In this document: positions 54,871-64,000 of the stretch, in pieces | How positions within the stretch are numbered: position 1 is the stretch's first letter | Layout: every line of letters begins with the position of its first letter | Origin: Acidobacteriota bacterium | GTDB lineage: Bacteria; Acidobacteriota; Thermoanaerobaculia; Gp7-AA8 | Direction of reading: 5' to 3' | Length of the DNA: 64,000 nucleotides | Assembly (NCBI GenBank): GCA_019244185.1 | Contig: JAFATB010000012.1 | Location: 118,996 to 182,995 of the forward strand | Notes under the pieces: generated by a model | Database searches by the model: none | Told to the model about the DNA's origin: nothing | The model's input: the letters and a program-made list of their open reading frames with translations, nothing else | Position numbers and translations under genes: made by a program

Positions 54871-56946
54871 ATGCCTTTCCGCGAAGACGCCGGACGCCTC
54901 ATTCAGCAGAAAAATTACGACGAGCTCGAGTCGCTGTGGATGGCGCAGCTCGACGCCGATCCGAGCGACGTCGACTCGTTTCTCCACGCCGCGAAGGCGC
55001 TCCGCAAAGCCGAGCAACGCACGCAGTCCGATACGCTCCTCGGCCTCCTCGCCGACGCGCTCAAAGACCGCCAGCTCTGGCCGCAACGCCTGCAGGTGCT
55101 GAAGGAAATCGGCCGCCTCTCCAAGCATCCCGCGCAGATGCGGCCGCAGTTCGAAGAGGCGCTCAAGAAAAGCCTCGGCACGCACAAGAGCTTCGCGCGC
55201 GCGTTCCAGTTCGCGTCGTTCGCCGATCCCGCCAGCAACCCCGTCGAGCGCACCGAGAAGATCGAGACCTGGCTCACGTACGACGAGGGCGAGTGCTTCT
55301 TCATGAGCGGCCGCGGCGCGGGCTGCGTCACCGAGCTCAATCCGGAGCTCGGCATCTGCCGCCTCGACTTCGAAAAAGAAAAGCGCGTCTCCGTACCGCT
55401 CGGCGCGGCCGGTAAGTTCCTCGTGCCGCTTCCCGAAGGGCACATCCTCCGCCGCAAGTTCAGCGATGCGGACGGCCTCAAGGCGTCCGCGAAGTCGTCG
55501 CCCGCGGAGTTCTTCGGCGAGCTGCTCAAGAGCTTCGGCCGTCCGATGGTGATGGCGGAAGTGCGCGACGCCGTGATCGGCATCGTGCCGGAAGAGAAGT
55601 GGGCGTCGTGGTGGACGGCCGCGCGTAAGAACCCGCAGGTCGTGACGAGCGGCACCGGCGCGAAGGCGACGTATGCGTTCGCCGGCTCGTCGTCCGACGC
55701 GGAAGCGGCGATCCGCCGCGAGTTCGACCGTGCCGATCTCAAGACCCGGCTCGAGCTCGCGCGCAAGCACAGCGGCCGCAGCAAGGCGCTCGCGGACGCG
55801 TTCTCTTCCGCGCTCGCTGCCGACGCCGCGAGGCTCGCGCGCACCGACGCCTCGAACGCGTGGCAGATTCTCACCACGCTCGAGGGTCTCCCCGGCCACT
55901 ACGAGTCGCCGTTCGATCCCGCGTCGCTCCTCGGCGGCCCGATGGCCTCCCGCACGATCGCGGGCGTTCACGACAAGGCGCTGCGCGAGAAGGCGCTCGC
56001 CGACGTCCGCGCGAATCATCCCGACTGGCCGAAGGTGTACGCGGAGGCGTTCTTCCTCGACGACGAGCCGCGCATCCTCACCTCCATCATGACGGAGCTG
56101 GAAAATGCCGGACAGACGGAGGTGCGCGACCGCCTCATCGACGAGACGCTCCGCTACCCGCGCCGCCATCCGCGCGCGTTCTTCTGGTACGTGAAGCGCC
56201 TCAACGACGACGAGTCGCTCGCGGCGACGAAAGCCACCTATCCGCTCCTCTTCCAGATCCTCGACGCGCTGACGCACGACGAGTTCTCCGGCGTCCGCGC
56301 GCGCCTCAAGGACCTCTTCGACAAGGGCGGCCTCGCCGTGCGCATCGTGATGAATCAGGACAACGAGGAGCAGGCGCGCCGGCTCGTGGAGACGCTCGAC
56401 CGCTACGGCGCCGTCGAGGAGTACCGCCGCGACATCGTCAAGCAGGCCGCGCTCATGAAGTACCCGTCGCTGCGCGAGCCGCAGGCTGAGCCGGTGTACG
56501 CGACGGCCGAGTCGCTCACCGCCAAGCGCGCCGAGCTCACGCACCTCAAGAGCGTCGAGATCCCGGCGAACTCCAAGGCGCTGCAGGCCGCGCGCGAGAT
56601 GGGCGATCTGCGCGAGAACTTCGAGTACAAGGCCGCGCGCGCCCGTGCCGAGTATCTCTCCGCGCGCGTCGGCGAGCTCGCGTCCGAAATCTCCCGCGTG
56701 CGCGTGCTCGAGCCGAACCTGATCGACACCAGCGCCGTGCGCGTCGGAACGAAGATCGCGCTCTCGAACGGCGACGTCCGCCGCGAGGTGGTGATCCTCG
56801 GGCCGTGGGAGTCCGACCCCGAGCGCGGCATCTACTCGAACCAGTCCGACGTCGCCAAAAAGCTCATCGGCCACACCGCCGGCGAGGCGGTCACGTTCAT
56901 GGGCAACGACTACATGATCGAGTCCATCCGCCGCTGGAACGAGTGA
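54871..56946 (+). CDS. greA: GreA-family transcription elongation factor with ~530-aa N-terminal extension
   Basis: C-terminal AREMGDLRENFEYKAAR (acidic tip residues) and ILGPWESDPE.GIYS.QS..AK.LIG. Confidence 0.88.
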   Translation: MPFREDAGRLIQQKNYDELESLWMAQLDADPSDVDSFLHAAKALRKAEQRTQSDTLLGLLADALKDRQLWPQRLQVLKEIGRLSKHPAQMRPQFEEALKKSLGTHKSFARAFQFASFADPASNPVERTEKIETWLTYDEGECFFMSGRGAGCVTELNPELGICRLDFEKEKRVSVPLGAAGKFLVPLPEGHILRRKFSDADGLKASAKSSPAEFFGELLKSFGRPMVMAEVRDAVIGIVPEEKWASWWTAARKNPQVVTSGTGAKATYAFAGSSSDAEAAIRREFDRADLKTRLELARKHSGRSKALADAFSSALAADAARLARTDASNAWQILTTLEGLPGHYESPFDPASLLGGPMASRTIAGVHDKALREKALADVRANHPDWPKVYAEAFFLDDEPRILTSIMTELENAGQTEVRDRLIDETLRYPRRHPRAFFWYVKRLNDDESLAATKATYPLLFQILDALTHDEFSGVRARLKDLFDKGGLAVRIVMNQDNEEQARRLVETLDRYGAVEEYRRDIVKQAALMKYPSLREPQAEPVYATAESLTAKRAELTHLKSVEIPANSKALQAAREMGDLRENFEYKAARARAEYLSARVGELASEISRVRVLEPNLIDTSAVRVGTKIALSNGDVRREVVILGPWESDPERGIYSNQSDVAKKLIGHTAGEAVTFMGNDYMIESIRRWNE

Positions 56947-56961
56947 CGTACAATTCGCGCC

Positions 56962-57228
56962 ATGGCTTACGTGATCGCCGAACCGTGTGTGACCACCAAA
57001 GACACCGCCTGCGTCGACGTCTGTCCCGTCGACTGCATCCATCCGCGCAAGGACGAGTCCGGCTTCGCCGAGGCGACCATGCTCTACATCGATCCGGAAG
57101 TCTGCATCGACTGCGGCGCCTGCGAGCCCGCGTGCCCGGTCCAGGCCATCTTTCCCGCCGACCTCGTGCCGGCGCAGTGGGCGCACTACACGCAGATCAA
57201 CGCCGACTGGTACAAACAGAACGCGTGA
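56962..57228 (+). CDS. Dicluster ferredoxin (FdxA/7Fe type)
   Basis: C....KD.ACVDVCPVDCIH and CIDCGACEPACP. Confidence 0.93.
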   Translation: MAYVIAEPCVTTKDTACVDVCPVDCIHPRKDESGFAEATMLYIDPEVCIDCGACEPACPVQAIFPADLVPAQWAHYTQINADWYKQNA

Positions 57229-57316
57229 GTTTTGTGACGTAGCTCACGATCGCCGCTCCGCGCGTGGTATACATTGCGTCGCGGGTTGAGCAACAACGCG
57301 TCGGCAAGCGGCAACT

Positions 57317-57344
57317 AAGGGGCGTAACGCCCCTTTTCGTTTTT
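57317..57344 (+). terminator. Intrinsic terminator
   Basis: AAGGGGCG-TAA-CGCCCCTTTTCGTTTTT. Confidence 0.8.
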
Positions 57345-57509
57345 CAGGCTCTTTGAGATTCCGATCGAGACCCTTCAGTTTGCGCCCACCTCGGACCCAA
57401 ACCACGGAAGAGCGGGCGAATGGGCGTGCCTCCGTGGACAATTGCTGAAGCTACCTCTCTCTCTCTGCAACGCGAGCCGGAGGGTCTCGATGGGAATCTC
57501 AGGTGCCTG
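57345..57509 (+). ncRNA. Candidate long-hairpin structured RNA (6S-like architecture) or palindromic element
   Basis: ~31-bp stem TGAGATTCC.ATCGAGACCCT... / ...AGGGTCTCGAT.GGAATCTCA, internal bubble, apical stem CCACGGA/TCCGTGG; mismatches are mainly G-U on the + strand. Confidence 0.4.
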
Positions 57510-57514
57510 CCCGG

Positions 57515-59134
57515 TCACTTGAGCAAGCCGAAAATCCCGCGCATCACCTCGCGCATCCCTTCCCGCGCGACGGTTCTCACCGCCTGATTCACCGCCTTCT
57601 CCGCCATCGACTGCCGCGGACGTCCCGCGCTCGCGCGCCGCGGTGCCGGGGCCGACGCGCGCCGACGCCCGCCGCTGTTCCGCCATGCGAAGTCGTCGTC
57701 CTGCGCCGAGCCGCCGCCGCGCTGCCAGTCGAAATCGCCGCCCGATGCCTGCGTCTGCGGCGCTTGCTCTTCCGGCTCCGGCTCGCGCTCCGCGCTCGCG
57801 GCGAGCTTCTGCTGCAGGATCTCGTGCGCGCTCTCGCGGTTGATGGCGTTCGCGTACTTTGGCGCGAGCTGCGAAGCCGCCAGCACGCGCTGATACTGCG
57901 CATCGTCGACGGCGGTCATCGACGACGACGGCGCGAGCACCTGCGCCGGCGCGACGACGGTCGGAACGCCTTTCGGATCGAGGATCGTCACCAGCGCCTC
58001 GCCGATGCCGAGGGTCGTCAACGACTTGACTACGTCGACGTGATCGCTCGGCGGGAATGTGGAGGCGGTCGCTTTCACGTTCTTCGCGTCCTTCGGCGTG
58101 AACGCGCGGATGGCGTGCTGCACGCGGTTGCCGAGCTGCGCGAGCACGTCCTCGTCGACGTCCTTCGGCGTCTGCGTGATGAAGAAGACGCCGATGCCTT
58201 TCGAGCGAATGAGCCGCGCGACCTGCTCGATGTGCTCGACCAGCGCGGACGACGCGTCGTCGAAGAGCAGGTGCGCCTCGTCGAAGAAGAAGACCAGTTT
58301 CGGCTTGTCGGGATCGCCGACTTCCGGCATGCGGTAGTAGAACTGGCCGAGGAGCCACATGAGGAAGGTCGAGTAAAGCCGCGGCTTGTCCTGCACATCG
58401 GCGAGGGAGAGGATGTTCACGACGCCCTTGCCGCCGACGTTGCGCATCAGATCGTTGATGTCGAGCTCCGGTTCGCCGAAGAAGCGCGCCGCGCCCTGCT
58501 GCTCGAGCTCGACCATCTTCCGCACGAGGACGCCGACCGTCGCCGTCGACATGCCGCCGTACTCCTTCAGCTCCGCTTTGCCTTCGCCGACGAGATACGT
58601 GAGCACGTCGCGCAGATCGTCGAAGTCGAGGAGCGGCATGCGGCGGTCGTCGCAGTACTTGAAGACCATCGCCAGGACGCTCTGCTGCACGTCGGTGAGA
58701 TCGAGCACCTTGCCGAGGAGCACCGGGCCGAACGACGAGACCGTCGCGCGCACCTGAATGCCGCGGTTGCCGGTGAGGCTGAAGAACTCGACCGGGAACG
58801 CTTCCGGCGTGAACGTGCGGCCGACCGCTTTCGCACGCGCGACGAGCCGCTCGCTCGCCTCGCCGGCGACGGACATGCCCGCGAGGTCGCCTTTCACGTC
58901 CGCGAGAAACACCGGCACGCCGTTGCGCGAGAGCTCTTCGGCGAACAGTTGCAGCGTGCGTGTTTTCCCGGTGCCGGTCGAGCCCGCGATCATGCCGTGG
59001 CGGTTCATCATCCGCAGCGGAATGCGGATCGGCAGCTCGGCGGCCGGCGAGCCCTCGCGCAGCACGTGACCGACATCGATGGAGGGAACGTCGAAGCCGT
59101 AAGCGGTGCGGTAGGTCTCGTCGAACGAAGTCAT
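57515..59134 (-). CDS. DUF853/YjgR HerA-like ATPase
   Basis: NRHGMIAGSTGTGKT, DVKGDL, PEVGD.DKPKLVFFFDEAHLLF, QLGNRVQHA.RAFTP. Confidence 0.92.
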   Translation of the reverse strand: MTSFDETYRTAYGFDVPSIDVGHVLREGSPAAELPIRIPLRMMNRHGMIAGSTGTGKTRTLQLFAEELSRNGVPVFLADVKGDLAGMSVAGEASERLVARAKAVGRTFTPEAFPVEFFSLTGNRGIQVRATVSSFGPVLLGKVLDLTDVQQSVLAMVFKYCDDRRMPLLDFDDLRDVLTYLVGEGKAELKEYGGMSTATVGVLVRKMVELEQQGAARFFGEPELDINDLMRNVGGKGVVNILSLADVQDKPRLYSTFLMWLLGQFYYRMPEVGDPDKPKLVFFFDEAHLLFDDASSALVEHIEQVARLIRSKGIGVFFITQTPKDVDEDVLAQLGNRVQHAIRAFTPKDAKNVKATASTFPPSDHVDVVKSLTTLGIGEALVTILDPKGVPTVVAPAQVLAPSSSMTAVDDAQYQRVLAASQLAPKYANAINRESAHEILQQKLAASAEREPEPEEQAPQTQASGGDFDWQRGGGSAQDDDFAWRNSGGRRRASAPAPRRASAGRPRQSMAEKAVNQAVRTVAREGMREVMRGIFGLLK

Positions 59135-59158
59135 CGCGTTGAAGTTTAAACTCCCGCA

Positions 59159-60031
59159 ATGAAACTCGGATTTGTAGGTCTTGGCGCCATGGGGTTTCCG
59201 ATGGCGCGCCACCTCGCCAAAGAACACGACGTCGTCGTCTGGAATCGCACGCGCGAGAAAGCGGAGCGCCACGCGCGCGAGCACGGCACGACGCTCGCGA
59301 ACGACCTCGCTGAAGTCGCCGATGCGGACGCGATCCTCACCATCCTGCCAACCAGTCAAGAAGTTGACGAAATCGTCGACCGCCTCCTGCCGCATCTGAA
59401 GGAAGGCACGCTGTGGATCGATGCGACGAGCGGCGATCCGAACGCGAGCCGCCTGACCGCGAAACGGCTCGCGGAGAAAGGCGTGGCGTTCGTCGACGCG
59501 CCCGTGACGGGCGCGGTCGTCGGCGCGGAGAACGCCACGCTCACGATCATGATGGGCGGCTCCGAAGAGAACGTCGCGCGGGCGAAGGAGATCCTCCGCC
59601 TCAACGGCAAGACGCTCATTCACGTCGGCGGCGTTGGCGCGGGGCACGCGATCAAAGTGCTCACGAACTCGATCATGGGCGCGACGGTCTGGATCACGTC
59701 GGAGTGCCTGCTGCTCGCGAAGCAGCTCGGCATCGACATCAAGACCGCGCTCGAAGTGACGAATGCCGGCAGCGGGCGCTCGAACGCGTCGGAGAACCTG
59801 CTGCCGATGCGGCTGCGGGATCATCAGTGGCCGCTGGTCTTCAAGCTCGCGCATCACGACAAAGACATCCGCATCGCCGCGTCGCTCGCGCACCAGCAGC
59901 ACGCGTCGACGCCGCTGCTCGCGCTCACTTCGCAGCTCTTCAGCGCCGCGCTCCACGAGCTCGGCGATCAGGCCGACTACATCGAGGTGGCGAAGCTCGT
60001 CGCGCGGATGAACGGCACGTCGTGGGACTGA
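59159..60031 (+). CDS. NAD(P)-dependent oxidoreductase (3-hydroxyisobutyrate dehydrogenase family)
   Basis: GFVGLGAMG.PMA, FVDAPVTG...GA....LTIM.GG, GAG..IK..N. Confidence 0.92.
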   Translation: MKLGFVGLGAMGFPMARHLAKEHDVVVWNRTREKAERHAREHGTTLANDLAEVADADAILTILPTSQEVDEIVDRLLPHLKEGTLWIDATSGDPNASRLTAKRLAEKGVAFVDAPVTGAVVGAENATLTIMMGGSEENVARAKEILRLNGKTLIHVGGVGAGHAIKVLTNSIMGATVWITSECLLLAKQLGIDIKTALEVTNAGSGRSNASENLLPMRLRDHQWPLVFKLAHHDKDIRIAASLAHQQHASTPLLALTSQLFSAALHELGDQADYIEVAKLVARMNGTSWD

Positions 60032-60035
60032 CGTG

Positions 60036-60860
60036 ATGCCGCGCGTCACGGTGATCATGGCGACGTGGAACTGGAGCACGGTGCTGCCGTACTCGATCGG
60101 CAGCGTCCTCGGCCAGACGATGACCGACTTCGAATTGCTCGTCGTCGGCGACGGCTGCACGGATGACTCGGAAGCGGTGGTTCGCGCGGTCGACGATCCG
60201 CGCGTGCGCTGGATCAATCTCCCGCAGAACACCGGCCATCAGTCCGGCCCGAACAACGAAGGGTTGCGTCAGGCGCGCGGCGAGTTCATCGCCTACCTCG
60301 GCCACGACGATCTCTGGCTGCCGCATCACCTCGAGGTGCTCTGCGCGGCGCTCGACCGCGGCGCCGATCTCGCGCACACGTTGATCGCCTTCGTGCCGCC
60401 GCCCGGCAGCGGCCGCACTCTCACCGTCGGCCGCCGCGAGTGGAAGCCGCCGTCGTCGGTCATGCATCGCCGCAGCGCGACGGAGACCGCCGGCGGCTGG
60501 CGCGACTACCGCGGCATGATGGACACGCCGGAAGGGGAGCTGTGGGCGCGCATCGAGGCCGCGGGATTTCGCGTCGAGTTCGTGCCGCGGCTGACGGTGA
60601 TCAAGTTCCCCGCGCTGTGGCGGAAGAACGTCTATCGCCAGCGGCCATGCGAGGAGCAGAAGGCGTGGCTCGCGCGCATTCGCGCCGAGCCTGATCTCGA
60701 ACTGGTAGAGTTGGCGAAGATCGCGTCCGGAATCCAGCCGCGTTTTTCCGATCGTCTGCTGCGCCTGTTGCGCTCGCCGTCGGAATGGCCTTCGGTGCTC
60801 TGGCGCCGTCCAGGCGCGCGCATTCGGGCGTGGCAACGTTACAAAGGCGTGCGGCACTGA
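60036..60860 (+). CDS. Glycosyltransferase family 2
   Basis: SVL.QT..DFELLVVGDGCTD, ARGEFIAYLGHDDLW. Confidence 0.88.
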   Translation: MPRVTVIMATWNWSTVLPYSIGSVLGQTMTDFELLVVGDGCTDDSEAVVRAVDDPRVRWINLPQNTGHQSGPNNEGLRQARGEFIAYLGHDDLWLPHHLEVLCAALDRGADLAHTLIAFVPPPGSGRTLTVGRREWKPPSSVMHRRSATETAGGWRDYRGMMDTPEGELWARIEAAGFRVEFVPRLTVIKFPALWRKNVYRQRPCEEQKAWLARIRAEPDLELVELAKIASGIQPRFSDRLLRLLRSPSEWPSVLWRRPGARIRAWQRYKGVRH

Positions 60861-60897
60861 GCCGCGCACGAACTGAGCTGCACAGAGGAGACGCGAC

Positions 60898-61446
60898 ATG
60901 CTGGCAGGAGCGCAGAAAGACCCGCAGATCGTCACCAGCGACTGGCAGAAGATCGCGCCCGGACTCGAAGGCGTCATCGTGCGCGAGGTGCTGCACGTGC
61001 CGCGCGACCACGGCGTCATCACCGAGATGTTCCGCCCCGAATGGGATCCGACCGGGCTCCCCGTCGTGCACATCTATCAGTCGCGGCTCTTCCCCGGCGC
61101 GATCGGCGCGTGGAGCTGCCACATGAAGTCCGTCGACCGCCTCTTCGTGAATCAGGGACATCTCAAGGTCGTGCTCTTCGACGGCCGCGAAGAGAGCCCG
61201 ACGTTCGGCCGCGTCGTCGAGCTGCACGTCGGCGACGCGCGCCCCGCGTTCCTCGTGCTCCCCACCGGCATCTGGCACGGCCTGCAGAACCTCGGCTCGA
61301 CCGACGCGCTCGTGCTGAACTATCCGACACACGCGTACGATTACGCAGATCCCGATCACTGGCGCCTGCCCTACGACACGCCGGAGATCCCGTATCAATG
61401 GCACGTGGCGGGCGGCACGCGTTTACGTTCTGACGCGCGCGGCTAG
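60898..61446 (+). CDS. dTDP-sugar 3,5-epimerase-family cupin (RmlC-like)
   Basis: D.G..TE.FR, KVVLFDGREESPTFG, P.GIWHG.QNLG. Confidence 0.85.
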   Translation: MLAGAQKDPQIVTSDWQKIAPGLEGVIVREVLHVPRDHGVITEMFRPEWDPTGLPVVHIYQSRLFPGAIGAWSCHMKSVDRLFVNQGHLKVVLFDGREESPTFGRVVELHVGDARPAFLVLPTGIWHGLQNLGSTDALVLNYPTHAYDYADPDHWRLPYDTPEIPYQWHVAGGTRLRSDARG

Positions 61447-61472
61447 AACGCCGCCGCAACGCGTCCATGACC

Positions 61473-61524
61473 CGAGCCGCCGCGCCGCATGAACCCACGA
61501 AGCGACCGCACGTGTCGCTAGGCT
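61473..61524 (+). repeat. Dispersed intergenic repeat, copy 4 (5' part)
   Basis: 42/52 identical to 12751-12802 (manual alignment). Confidence 0.7.
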
Positions 61525-62305
61525 AAAACGTGCCGCGATACAGCCCGCCGTCCACCTGCAACGACGCGCCCGTCACGTACGACGCGCGTTCGCTGCAGAG
61601 AAACGCTACCACGTTCGCGAGCTCGCGCGGATCGCCGTAGCGTCCCATCGGAATCACCTGCTCGGAACGGCGCAGGTACTCCTCGGGCGTGATGCCCTGC
61701 GCCTTCGCGCGGATCTCGCTGAGGTGCTTCTGGCGATCGGTGAGGAAGTGGCCGGGGAGCACGGCGTTGACGGTGATGCCGTCGCGCGCGACCTGATCGG
61801 CGAGCGTCTTCGTGAGACCGGAGAGTCCCGCGCGCAGCGTCGAGCTCACGGTCAGCAGCTCCACCGGCTGCTTCGCGACGAACGACGTCAGATGAACGAT
61901 GCGTCCCCACTTGCGCTCCTGCATCGCGGGGATGGCCAGGCGGCAGAGGCGAACGACGTTCATCAGCGTCGAGTCGATGCCGCTGCGCCACTGCTCTTCC
62001 GCGAGCTCGAGGAACGGCGCCGCGGGCGGACCGCCGGTATTCGTGACCACGATGTCGGCGGCGCCGAAGCGTTCGGTCGTCGCGTCGTACCAGCGTTGCA
62101 GATCGTCGGCTTTGGAGACGTCGCAGGCGACGGCGAGCGCGTGCTCCTCGCCGATCGCGTCGCGCACCGGCGCGAGTGCTTCGACGGTGCGCGCGCAGAT
62201 CGAAACGCGGCAGCCTTCGGCGGCGAGTGTTTCGGCGATCGCGCGGCCGAGGCCCTTCGATGCGGCCGCCACCATCGCCACGCGGTTGCGGATGCCGAGG
62301 TCCAT
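61523..62305 (-). CDS. SDR-family oxidoreductase
   Basis: AASKGLG.A.A, NTGGPP, WGRIV, N.VLPG...T.R, IP.GR.G.P.E.A..V.FL.S..ASYVTG..L.VDGG. Confidence 0.92.
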   Translation of the reverse strand: MDLGIRNRVAMVAAASKGLGRAIAETLAAEGCRVSICARTVEALAPVRDAIGEEHALAVACDVSKADDLQRWYDATTERFGAADIVVTNTGGPPAAPFLELAEEQWRSGIDSTLMNVVRLCRLAIPAMQERKWGRIVHLTSFVAKQPVELLTVSSTLRAGLSGLTKTLADQVARDGITVNAVLPGHFLTDRQKHLSEIRAKAQGITPEEYLRRSEQVIPMGRYGDPRELANVVAFLCSERASYVTGASLQVDGGLYRGTF

Positions 62306-62330
62306 GCGCGGACGATATCATCGCGCGCTC

Positions 62331-62552
62331 GTGACCACTTGTCCGCATTGCGGTTCGGAGAAAGTACGGCGCGGCGGGAACGCGATCTGGCTCGTGTATC
62401 TCGTGCTCATCGCGCTCGCGGTGCCGGCGGTGCTGATCCTTCATCTCAACGCCGCGATCGTCGCCGGAGTCATGCTCGCGGCCATCGCCATCGCGCATCT
62501 CGTGCTGAATCAGCGCGTCTGCGTCGACTGCGGACATCAGTGGCGGGGATGA
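62331..62552 (+). CDS. Small membrane protein with split zinc ribbon (CxxC-TM-TM-CxxC)
   Basis: GTG 62331: TTCPHCGS...hydrophobic hairpin...VCVDCGHQW. Confidence 0.75.
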   Translation: MTTCPHCGSEKVRRGGNAIWLVYLVLIALAVPAVLILHLNAAIVAGVMLAAIAIAHLVLNQRVCVDCGHQWRG

Positions 62553-62585
62553 CAAATCGCCGTATCCGTGTTAATTGGCCCGCGA

Positions 62586-64000
<1,415 letters not shown>

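Noticed and set aside
57354-57501. Retron msr-msd or integron attC reading of the long inverted repeat
   Set aside because: No reverse transcriptase or integrase in the window and no RYYYAAC/GTTRRRY ends.

Overview
High-GC bacterial chromosomal window. Gene content and style (YfhO-type expansions, a VWA protein, a TPR Ser/Thr kinase) suggest Acidobacteriota, possibly Thermoanaerobaculia; this is an inference, not a database result. Most of the roughly 60 genes are core or housekeeping: mtgA, cutA, three YfhO-like membrane glycosyltransferases, a sulfite oxidase/cytochrome c pair, uvrA, a Prim-Pol/LigC pair, lhr-nei, dnaB, hutU, nth, mazG, a two-component system with DUF47-Pit, rpmE-DUF1385-prfA, arsM, mpl, a long greA and lepA. 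I found no rRNA, tRNA, CRISPR array, integrase or transposase. The most unusual locus is 18681-19571 (minus strand). One sigma70-like promoter and one Shine-Dalgarno are followed by two ATGs 7 nt apart in different frames. One frame encodes a histone-H1-like tail fused to a Doc/Fic domain with a remodelled active site. The other frame, overlapping it almost completely, encodes a protein ending in a Doc-antitoxin-like helix. Other signals: a dispersed intergenic repeat with a compensatory base change, a ~165-nt long-hairpin RNA candidate, palindromic bidirectional -10 elements that appear to drive pairs of leaderless genes, DnaA-box clusters on both sides of dnaB, a YaaA-like gene linked to Prim-Pol/LigC, and a frameshifted ParE toxin.
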